64,000 nt of DNA from positions 1,001-65,000 of the forward strand of contig URSE01000001.1 of NCBI GenBank assembly GCA_900550455.1. Reading direction: 5' to 3'. Positions 39,978 through 49,400 of the stretch are shown piece after piece; position 1 is the first letter of the stretch, and each line of letters opens with the position of its first letter. Both the position numbers and the translations under genes were made by a program. A model generated the notes under the pieces. It ran no database searches. It saw only the letters and a list, made by a program, of their open reading frames with translations, and was not told the DNA's origin. The DNA comes from an uncultured Veillonella sp. Lineage in GTDB: Bacteria > Bacillota > Negativicutes > Veillonellales > Veillonellaceae.

Positions 39978-41939
39978 ATGAGCAATCGAATATGGTGCCG
40001 GTCTAAGCGGGCCTTGCTCGCAGTATGCTTCTGTTTGGGGGCTATGAACATAGCCCAAGCGGTTGATTTTATGCCTGTAGACCAAGTAAAAACAGGTATG
40101 ACTGGGACGGCTAAAACTGTACTTGTAGGGGACCAAATTTCCACCTTTGATGTAAAGGTTTTGGGTGTTATGAAGGATCGAGGTCCTTCTGGAGACCTTA
40201 TTTTGGCTAAGTTTTCTGGACCGGTCATGGAGGAAACAGGGGGCATTGCTCATGGTATGTCCGGGTCACCTGTCTATATAGACGGCAAACTAGTGGGTGC
40301 TGTTGCCTATGGTTGGGGCTTTGCAGATGGTACTGTGGGTATGATTACCCCAATCCAAGATATGGTTAAATTATGGCATATCCCTTATGAAAAGAACCTT
40401 AATAAGTCCTGGCATGGTCAAGGAGATGGGCAACTCATTCCTATGGGAACACCTCTTATGGCCTATGGATTTGATCAAGGAGCCTTGTCCTACCTGAAGG
40501 AAAAGCTACCTAACTATAAGTATGAAACGTATGATACAGCAGCCGCTACAGGTGATGATGTAGTTAAGCCATTGGTGCCAGGCGGGTCTGTTGCAGCTCT
40601 TTTAGTTGATGGCAATTTAAAATTAGGGGCTATTGGCACGGTCACTTATGTAGATGGGGACCGTCTTGTAGCTTTTGGGCACCCCTTCATAAAACGGGGC
40701 TCCTCTAATTACTTTATGCATAATGCTTCCATCTTTACAGTGGTAAAATCTATGGACTCCGCTTTTAAATTGGGGTCTATGGGAGCTGAAGTGGGATCTG
40801 TTAATGAAGATCGTGGTGCCGGTATCGCGGGTCAAATGGGTAAAAATACAGGTGGAATTCCAATCCAATTCCATTTGCGTGATTTGGATACAGCACAAGA
40901 AAAACGAGCTTGGGTTAAGGTGATAGAAAATGAGGAAATGACGCCAACCTTGGCTGCGACCTCCCTCTATTCCTTCCTAAATAAGCTTATGGACCGAACT
41001 GGTGAAGGGACTGCTAAGGTGACCTATACCATTCGCCCACGGGATAATGCATATACACCATTGACGCGAACTAACATGTTCTACTCCTCCAACTCTATTT
41101 CTGAAAAATCCGTTGATGAATTCTATAAGGTTATCGACGTGTTGATGAACAACCGTTTTATCAACTTTGAAATTCAGGATATCAATGTTAAGGCCGATGT
41201 TCAACAAGGAAAGAAGACGGCTAAAATTGTAGATGCTACGGCCTCTCCTGTCTATGTAGCACCAGGAGATACCATCGTAGTAGATGTGACGATTGAACCT
41301 TTTAGAGGGGAGAAGGAAGTTAAAGAAGTCTTCTTTACCGTTCCTAAAAACCAAAAGCTGGGTGACGCCACCTTAGAAGTTCGTGGTGGCGGTGTTATCC
41401 CATTGCCTTATGTATTTGAAAAGCAAAAGTATAACTTAACAGATGAAATTATTCGCCGCCTCAAAACCTATAAAGATTTCAAGGATCTTTATAGGGAATT
41501 AAAGGATACGGATCAAAACAACCAAATCGTTGTAGAAATCTTAGAAGAGGGCATTTCTATGGTTGACGATGAGGGAGGAAAAGGAGTTAAGAAACCTAAA
41601 ATTGATGGGATTGAATCTAATCCACTCCCTGGAGATATTAAGAAAAAAAGCCATTCCAATTCTTTAGATGATGCTATTGATGATGACAATAAAAAGGACC
41701 AAAAGGCCTCTATTGATACGGATTACATCATCCAAGGGGATGGGCAGTTCAAAATCCACATTGTTAGCCCTGCTAAACGGGATAAGGAACGGGCTAAAGA
41801 CGCACGCAATGCAAAGAAAAAGGGGGCCCATCAAGAAGGGGCAAAAGCGAGTCTAGAAAAACCTTTGCCTACGGATGATAAGAATGCTTCTAAAGAAGAA
41901 GGAGCCAGTCAGGACCTGGGTAGGGATAGAGTATACTAG
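39978..41939 (+). CDS. SpoIVB-like peptidase S55 domain protein, exported
   Basis: Signal peptide, TGGIAHGMSGSPVYIDGKLVGAV and IGTVTY..VAFGHPF. Confidence 0.88.
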   Translation: MSNRIWCRSKRALLAVCFCLGAMNIAQAVDFMPVDQVKTGMTGTAKTVLVGDQISTFDVKVLGVMKDRGPSGDLILAKFSGPVMEETGGIAHGMSGSPVYIDGKLVGAVAYGWGFADGTVGMITPIQDMVKLWHIPYEKNLNKSWHGQGDGQLIPMGTPLMAYGFDQGALSYLKEKLPNYKYETYDTAAATGDDVVKPLVPGGSVAALLVDGNLKLGAIGTVTYVDGDRLVAFGHPFIKRGSSNYFMHNASIFTVVKSMDSAFKLGSMGAEVGSVNEDRGAGIAGQMGKNTGGIPIQFHLRDLDTAQEKRAWVKVIENEEMTPTLAATSLYSFLNKLMDRTGEGTAKVTYTIRPRDNAYTPLTRTNMFYSSNSISEKSVDEFYKVIDVLMNNRFINFEIQDINVKADVQQGKKTAKIVDATASPVYVAPGDTIVVDVTIEPFRGEKEVKEVFFTVPKNQKLGDATLEVRGGGVIPLPYVFEKQKYNLTDEIIRRLKTYKDFKDLYRELKDTDQNNQIVVEILEEGISMVDDEGGKGVKKPKIDGIESNPLPGDIKKKSHSNSLDDAIDDDNKKDQKASIDTDYIIQGDGQFKIHIVSPAKRDKERAKDARNAKKKGAHQEGAKASLEKPLPTDDKNASKEEGASQDLGRDRVY

Positions 41940-41996
41940 ACATCGCCTAATTGAGACAGACAAGAAATTGATACAGTATTAGATGGAGAGACGTGT

Positions 41997-42758
41997 ATGA
42001 ACTGGTTAGAAGCCATTGGGGCCTTTACCTTGAGTCGCTTGACAGAAATTGGGCGGGCCATGATTTTGGTCGGACAGACAATCAAACAATTGCCCATGAT
42101 CAATTTCTGGCATGTTTTACAGCAGATGGCCCATTTGGGCGTTGATTCACTACCTATCATTTCTATTACCCTCCTCTTCGCGGGGGGCGTTATGACTCTG
42201 CAAATTACAGATGTCCTCATTACCTATGGGGCTCAATCTACAGTGGGGGGCCTTATGGCGGTTGCCATGGGACGAGAACTGGGGCCAATTTTGGTAGGTG
42301 TTGTTTTGGCTGGTCGTGTGGGTGCTGCTATTACAGCAGAAATTGGGACCATGAAGGTAACGGAGCAAATTGATGCTCTTCGTGTGATGGCTACTAACCC
42401 TATTGGTTACTTAGTTGTGCCTAGGGTGGCTGCCTGTATGATTATGGTGCCGATTTTAGCCTTTTACGGCGTAGTTATCGGCATTGCAGGAGGCTATTTC
42501 GTAGCAACTTCCATTAAAGGATTGTCACCTCAAACCTACTTGGACTCCATTCAAATGTTCTCTACTGTATCAGATTTTACCTTGGGCCTTCTAAAAGCTT
42601 CTGTTTTTGGGGCTGTTATTGCTCTAGTGGGGGCCTATAAGGGGATGAATACTAAAATGGGGGCTGAGGCTGTTGGATTCTCCACAACTTCCTCTGTAGT
42701 TACCTCTATTATTCTCGTATTTATACTTAATTACTTCTTGTCATCTGTCTTGTTCTAA
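41997..42758 (+). CDS. mlaE: MlaE family lipid ABC permease
   Basis: GVDSLPI, RELGPIL and GRVGAAITAEIGTMKVTEQIDAL. Confidence 0.94.
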   Translation: MNWLEAIGAFTLSRLTEIGRAMILVGQTIKQLPMINFWHVLQQMAHLGVDSLPIISITLLFAGGVMTLQITDVLITYGAQSTVGGLMAVAMGRELGPILVGVVLAGRVGAAITAEIGTMKVTEQIDALRVMATNPIGYLVVPRVAACMIMVPILAFYGVVIGIAGGYFVATSIKGLSPQTYLDSIQMFSTVSDFTLGLLKASVFGAVIALVGAYKGMNTKMGAEAVGFSTTSSVVTSIILVFILNYFLSSVLF

Positions 42759-42768
42759 TGAGGGGCCT

Positions 42769-43503
42769 ATGATTGAATTGAAAAACGTCACCGTTGCCTA
42801 TGGCAGCCGCGTTATTTTAGATAATATATCCATGACCATCGGTGATGGAGTGACCCTTGTTATTTTAGGAGGATCGGGATCTGGCAAATCAACCCTCTTA
42901 CGTCTCCTCATAGGCTTACAAAAACCTACTGCAGGCCACATATTGGTAGATGGTGTTGATATAACAAGCTTGTCTGAATCGGAGTTTGATCAGGTCCGTC
43001 GTAAGATGGGTATGGTCTTTCAATACTCTGCCTTGTTTGATTCTCTATCGGTAGGGGAAAATGTAGCCTTTGGCCTCCGGCAGCATACTAAGCTGTCGGA
43101 TGAAGATATAAAGAAGATTGTCAGCCAACGTTTAGATTGGGTTGGCCTAGCAGGCTATGAAGATTATATGCCTAATGAATTATCTGGAGGCATGAAAAAG
43201 CGGGTCTCATTGGCGAGGGCTATCGCAGAAGATGCATCAATCCTCCTCTATGATGAACCCACATCTGGTTTGGATCCTATTACGTCCATGCAGATTAGCC
43301 ATTTAATTCGGGCTATGCAAAAACGCTTGGGATGTACATCTCTGGTTGTCACCCATGATATGCGGTCTGCTTTTTATGTGGGGGATGCGATAGCCCTCTT
43401 GGATAAGGGAAATTTCGTGGAGGTGTCGCCGCCAGCGCAATTCCAAGAATCGAAAAATAAGTTGGTACAAAGTTTCATTCATGGCCAAGTTGATGGTGTG
43501 TAA
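42769..43503 (+). CDS. mlaF: MlaF family ABC ATPase
   Basis: GGSGSGKST, FQYSALFDSL, LSGGMKKRV and YDEPTSGLDP. Confidence 0.93.
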   Translation: MIELKNVTVAYGSRVILDNISMTIGDGVTLVILGGSGSGKSTLLRLLIGLQKPTAGHILVDGVDITSLSESEFDQVRRKMGMVFQYSALFDSLSVGENVAFGLRQHTKLSDEDIKKIVSQRLDWVGLAGYEDYMPNELSGGMKKRVSLARAIAEDASILLYDEPTSGLDPITSMQISHLIRAMQKRLGCTSLVVTHDMRSAFYVGDAIALLDKGNFVEVSPPAQFQESKNKLVQSFIHGQVDGV

Positions 43504-43518
43504 AGAGGGATTAACTAT

Positions 43519-44799
43519 ATGAAATGGACAACAGAAGCTAAGGTAGGGGCCTTCACCCTAGTAGGGATTATCGCCTTTATCGCGGCTGTTTTATTTGTGG
43601 GGAATGTCAATTTATTTCCTAAGGCGCAGATGGCCATTACCGGTCAATTTGCCTCTGTTAATGGCTTGAAGGTGGGAAATGCCGTTAAGTACTCTGGCGT
43701 ACAAGTGGGTAAGATTAAGGATATAGCTGTGGATAATCCACATTCTGTACGCGTTTCTATGGATTTGGACCAGGATGCTAAGATTCCTAAGGATTCTACC
43801 TTCTCTCTCTCCTCTGATGGTTTTTTGGGGGATAAGTTCATTTTGATCACACCAGGTACCTCTAACGAGTACCTCAAGTCCGGCGACTATGTTAATGGCA
43901 AGGGGGGAGAGATGGACCAGGCCTTTGACTCCGCTAAAAAACTCATGGAGGGGACAGAAAAGCTCCTAGAATCCATGAATAATATTATCGGTGATCCTAA
44001 GACCCAAGATGCCCTCCGTCATACACTTCAATCCACCTCTACAATGGCAGATAATACCGTGGCAATTACCGGTAACTTAGCAGCTATGACGGCGCAGATG
44101 AATGCGACAGCTCAACAATTTAATGCAGATGGTAATGCGGGCAATGATATGCGGGCCATTTTGATCAATATGAAGGAAACTACTGAAAGGGTGGATTCCA
44201 TGGCCCGTTCTATGGAAACTACTGTTACGGACCCACAGGCTGCTCAAAATATTAAGGAAACCCTTCATAATACAGCGCAGATTTCATCTCGTGTTAATAA
44301 AATATTAGGAGGCAAACCTTACCCAAAGTCCTCCACTGAGGCTGTAAATACTGGGGTCGAGGCCTCCGATTCTAACGAAGATGTAAACAAAAGTAAACAA
44401 TTAGCTACTGAAATGTCAGGTGAATTATTATATAATAGTCATCAGAACGAATATCGTGCCAATGCGCATCTTCGCTTATTTACCAATAAAAATCTTATGG
44501 AATTAGGCTTTTCTAATATAGGAGATGGATCTGATTTTGATCTCAATGCGGGTAGGCACTTAACGGATAAATGGTCTGTTAGGGGGGGCTTCTTTGAAAG
44601 TAAGTTAGGTCTAGGACTTGACTATGGCCTAGGTGGCCCATTCTCCTTGTCTGCGGCGGTCTTTGATCTCAATCGTCAACGGTATAGAATCCGCTCTGAA
44701 TTCCGCTTGAAGGGAGATACCTATGGTGTCCTTCAAACGACGCGCCCATTCTCTTCTGATAATGGTGGTACCTATTTGGGTATCAAACAAGTATTCTAA
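43519..44799 (+). CDS. mlaD: Long MlaD: TM, MCE domain, helical stalk and C-terminal beta-rich domain
   Basis: EAKVGAF, GLKVGNAVKYSGVQVG and GFLGDKFI.ITPG. Terminal YLGIKQVF. Confidence 0.9.
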   Translation: MKWTTEAKVGAFTLVGIIAFIAAVLFVGNVNLFPKAQMAITGQFASVNGLKVGNAVKYSGVQVGKIKDIAVDNPHSVRVSMDLDQDAKIPKDSTFSLSSDGFLGDKFILITPGTSNEYLKSGDYVNGKGGEMDQAFDSAKKLMEGTEKLLESMNNIIGDPKTQDALRHTLQSTSTMADNTVAITGNLAAMTAQMNATAQQFNADGNAGNDMRAILINMKETTERVDSMARSMETTVTDPQAAQNIKETLHNTAQISSRVNKILGGKPYPKSSTEAVNTGVEASDSNEDVNKSKQLATEMSGELLYNSHQNEYRANAHLRLFTNKNLMELGFSNIGDGSDFDLNAGRHLTDKWSVRGGFFESKLGLGLDYGLGGPFSLSAAVFDLNRQRYRIRSEFRLKGDTYGVLQTTRPFSSDNGGTYLGIKQVF

Positions 44800-44825
44800 A
44801 TCTCGACTTTTGGAGGTTTCTATCC

Positions 44826-46352
44826 ATGAATAAAAAGACCTTGTCTATAGCCCTTCTCTTGGCTATGACTACGAGTGGTGCTTTGGCTGCATCTACATCA
44901 ACTACGGTTCCCATGACGGTGAAAGCAGTGAATGCTAATCTTGTGTCAACTACGATTAACAATCAACCTAAATTATCTAAATATCAACTAGAAGCTGTTA
45001 AGATGACCCAAGAAGCTATGGCGGCTAAAGAGACATCTGATACGGCTAACTACCCTACAGCCGTATCTTTAGATGCTACTAAAGCGGTTGCTCTTGCTTT
45101 GGAAAACAATCGGACTGCTAAGGCTTCCTCTTGGACTTATGAAGCCGCTAAAGCGGGCGTTTCCCAAGCGGCTGCAGGCATGAATCCACAGGTGGCTGCA
45201 AACTATTCTGGTGCCCGTTCAAATAGTGGGACGAGTGTTGGTAAAGGTGGTCATACAAGCTCTTCTATTGGCTTTACCCTATCTGTACCTGTCTTTGATG
45301 CCTCTACAATGGCTTCCATTCGAGGCGCTCGCTATACTCGTGAAGGAGCAGGTGCCGCTTATGAAGAGGCACTACAAACGGCTAAATATAATGCGGTGGC
45401 AGGTTACTATACCCTGATCAAGGATCGCAATGCTATCGATGTAGCCAACCAATCTGTTACTGATTACCAAGGTCATTTAACAAATGTAGAGGCTCAATAC
45501 AGTGTGGGGATTGTTGCTAATTCTGATGTAATGGCTTCTAAGACGACCTGGTCTGATGCGCAAACCAATTTGGTGAAGGCTCGTAATCAAGCTGATTTAG
45601 CTGAAACCGACCTTAATCAAATTTTAGCTTTCCCTGTATCTACTAAGATAGATACGGCGGATAAAAGCCTTAATTACGCACCCTATAATGTGACTTTAGA
45701 AGAGGCTAAAGCGTATGCTTTGATTCACCGGGCGAAATTGGTAGAGTCTGCTATGAGTGTTAAGAAAGCCGAAGAAGATTTGCATGCTGCTAAGGCTGGC
45801 TACTTGCCAACGGTTTCTGCCTCTGCCGGCCGGGGCTACTCTGACGATGGTTGGAAGGGCTTTGGCGATGGCAATGACTGGAATATCGGGGCGAAGGCTT
45901 CCTGGTCCATTTGGAATGGTGGCGGCACCCAAGTGGCTATTAAGAAGGCACAAGCAGCCTTTGAAGGAGCCAAAGAGACTAACTTGGCTAGTATTGATGC
46001 CGTCTTGAGTCAAGTTCAAAAAGCCTTTCTTGATATGAAGGCCGCAGAACAAACCATTACATCCACCAAAACAGCTGTCGACTCTGCGCAAGAATCCTTC
46101 CGGATTAACACCCTGCGTTACCAAGCAGGGGTAGGGGCTAATATCGATGTATTGGATGCTGAAACTAAATTGACAGCGGCTCGTAATAATTACTTAGATG
46201 CTGTCTATAATTACAACATCGCTGTAGCGCAATTGGAGCAATACACAGGGGTACCATTGGATACACCTGTTGGCCAAGGGGCTAGCTTAATTGCTACTTC
46301 TGATGCTGCTAATCAATTAGCAACTCTTGCCAATAAAGGGACAAATAAATAA
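44826..46352 (+). CDS. tolC: TolC family outer membrane protein
   Basis: Signal peptide, AVALALENN, AKAGYLPTVS, RYQAGVG..DVLDAE and duplicated OEP halves. Confidence 0.9.
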   Translation: MNKKTLSIALLLAMTTSGALAASTSTTVPMTVKAVNANLVSTTINNQPKLSKYQLEAVKMTQEAMAAKETSDTANYPTAVSLDATKAVALALENNRTAKASSWTYEAAKAGVSQAAAGMNPQVAANYSGARSNSGTSVGKGGHTSSSIGFTLSVPVFDASTMASIRGARYTREGAGAAYEEALQTAKYNAVAGYYTLIKDRNAIDVANQSVTDYQGHLTNVEAQYSVGIVANSDVMASKTTWSDAQTNLVKARNQADLAETDLNQILAFPVSTKIDTADKSLNYAPYNVTLEEAKAYALIHRAKLVESAMSVKKAEEDLHAAKAGYLPTVSASAGRGYSDDGWKGFGDGNDWNIGAKASWSIWNGGGTQVAIKKAQAAFEGAKETNLASIDAVLSQVQKAFLDMKAAEQTITSTKTAVDSAQESFRINTLRYQAGVGANIDVLDAETKLTAARNNYLDAVYNYNIAVAQLEQYTGVPLDTPVGQGASLIATSDAANQLATLANKGTNK

Positions 46353-46395
46353 AATATACATAAGAAATAGTCTGTTGCCCTAGGGCTCAGTCCGT

Positions 46396-46432
46396 GGGTC
46401 ATTGTAACGCCTTGTTTCAATGACCCCTTTTT
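46396..46432 (+). terminator. Terminator-like hairpin between tolC and tamB
   Basis: GGGTCATTG (46396-46404) pairs with CAATGACCC (46418-46426), followed by CTTTTT. Confidence 0.55.
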
Positions 46433-46452
46433 ATCATAAGAAGAGTGAAACC

Positions 46453-49400
46453 ATGAAAAAGAAGCGCTATATAGCCTTGTCTGCAGCAATCATAGCATGT
46501 CTCATCGGCTCGGGCATAGCCTTTAAACCGGTAGCAGAATCCTATGTGACGCCGGTCGTGCAAGCACAATTGAATAAGACTATCAATGGCCGTATGGCTT
46601 ATGATTCTATGGAAGTCACTTGGAATGGTAAGGTAGCTTTATCTAAGGTAATCATTAAGGATACAAAAGGCCAGGAAGTAGGATATGCAGACTCTGTGGT
46701 AGTAGGTCTTTCTCCTGTAGGAGCAGCCCGTCTTTTAGCCGGTGATGGGGCGGCAGCTCTTGTAAGTGAGGTCACCGTGTCCCATGGGGACCTTCATGTA
46801 TGGCAGGATGGCCAAGGAAAATGGAATGTGGAGGATTTGATTAAGAAGGATCCATCTAGTAAGGACTCTTCTTTTAAAGGAGATATCCATCTTGATCAAG
46901 TAGACTTAACAGTCCGACCTTATAAGGACCAGGCTTATCGGATTGAGGCTATATCGGGAGGTCTTAGTCTTTCTGATTCTCCTATTGTAAAAGGAAATTT
47001 AACAGGTTCTTTGGAGGGACAGGATCTATCCATTTCAGGTTCTCTTAACACGGATAATACTAAAGAGTTTACGGCTTATATTAAGGCTGATCGGTTAGAC
47101 GCATCCATTGCGAATATGGCTTTAGCAGGCCATAAAGATATAAGGCTGGAGGGTGGCTATGCAAAAAATATTGCCCTTACTATATCTTCTGATAATGAGC
47201 ATGGTCTCACTTGGGAAGGGCATGCGGCCATCCGAGATGTATCAGGAACTTACAATTTCGGGGGGCAAGGTTTTAGCTTTGATAAAGCCCAAACAAATGT
47301 AGCCTTTTCCAACAATAAAATCATCATTAAATCTGGATCAGCTTATGTAAATGGCCAAAAGGGAGAAGTTTCCGGTTCTATTGCTATACAAGATGACCGA
47401 GCTCGGTTGAATCTAGATATCATGGCCGCTGATGTTGATCCAGGGGCTTTGATAGACCTACCTGTCGGTGGTCGCCTTGCTGGACAAATTCATGTGGGGG
47501 GAGATACCCTGTCTCCAACCTTATCGGGTCGCTTAGTGGGACGTGACGTGACTTATGGCGATTATAGTCTGGATAAATTAGGGGCTAATGTATCGCTAAA
47601 GGATGGTCATTTGGTCCTAGAGGATATTCGCTTGGATAAGGGAAATACATCCCTTTCTGGGCAAGCATCATATGATATTAATTCTGGTGATTTTGATGCT
47701 AGCCTTAGTCCTGAACAGTTTGATATCTCTCAAATAGCGCCTATGTTTGGCTATGATTTGGGAGGCACCTTATCGGGGCAAGTGTATATCCATGGTCAAG
47801 ATAAACATATTCAATCCTTAATCGGACAATTGGAAGCCCGTAATTTAACCTACCAAGGTATTAGCCTTGATACAGTTTCCCTGGGATTTACTTCTGATGG
47901 AAATGCTGTTGATATTTCCTATCTGAATGGCACTATAGGAGAGGGGGCTTTTACAGGCTACGGGTCTCTTAAAGAGGGACAGGCTGATATCAGCCTAGCA
48001 GGCTATGATATTCCTTTGTCTATGCTGTCCTCTCGAGTGGGCTATGACCTAGATGGAGTCGCTACCGTGAATGCTCATATTTCAGGATCCCTAGATAATC
48101 CTAAAGGTCATGTAACCTTGACAGCAAGTAAGATCAGCCTTGGCTCTTATGGCCATTTTGATGGCTTGAACCTTGATGGAGATATAGAAAATCACATCGT
48201 TACCATTCATGAGGCTACGATCATGGATCAAGGTGGTTTCTATACGGCATATGGTACAATCGGTTGGCAGGATAAAAGCTTGGATATCTATGCAGAGGCT
48301 AAGGATACGCGGATTGAAAACTTGGCTAAAAATATTACCGATATACCTGTAACAGGGTGGTTCTATACGCAAAACCATATTACTGGTACGTTCGATGCTC
48401 CGAATGTAGTAGGGCGGGCTCGCCTTAAAGATGGGTCTATTAATGGCTTCCTCGTATCAGACCTCTATGCCCGCTATAGTTATAAGAATAATCGCCTCAG
48501 TGTGTATGATGCAGCCTTAGAATCGTATGGCTCCAAGATTTTTGCTCAAGGGACTATGGATGGTAAGAACCTCAACTTCTCCTTCACCGGTGATGGAATC
48601 TATCTGAAACCACTGGTATCGGATGATCGATTTGAAGTAGATGGTTACTTAGCGGCTCAGGGGACCTTAACGGGGACCCTTGATAAGCCAGTGTTCAATG
48701 GCAATATACGGTCACGTCAGGTGATGATTAATGGGACTTCTCTTAATGATGTTGATGGGACTGTATATGCAGATCCAACGGTCGTTAATGTTGAGTCTAT
48801 GTCATTTACAGATCAAGATAAGGGTAACTATAGTTTTGCTGGCGGGGTTAAGCTCAAAAACCCTAAGAATCTTTTTGGTAAAATCACAGTGTCTAATGCA
48901 GATATCAAAAATATGATATCTATATTAGACAAGGATGAGTCTAGTAATGGACGCTTTACAGGTCGTCTCAATGGTATTGTGGGTTTAGGTGGCACCGTGA
49001 ATAATCCGGCCCTTGATGTAAAGGGGACTATTTCCTCTGTAGCTTTGGGCGACCAAGTCTTGGGCGATAGTACAATCGATGCTAGTTTGGCGGATAAGAA
49101 GATTACTATTAGAAAGTTACAGCTGCCAGTAGACTCTGGTATGATTGCAGCAGGCGGTACCATGGACCTTAATCCTGGGGGACAAACCGCTATGCAAGTG
49201 GCAGTTAATTCGGTGGACCTTAAATACTTTAAGGCGCTCTTGCCAGATTCTGTAGATCCGCAAGGGACCCTGTCTTCTGTCATCAACTTATCTGGCGATA
49301 GTCATAATCCTAAGGCTGAAATCTCCGCCGATTTGATTAGTCCGTCCTATAATGGAGTAGCCTTAGACCATGTGTTTATGTTAGCTAATATGGAAGATCA

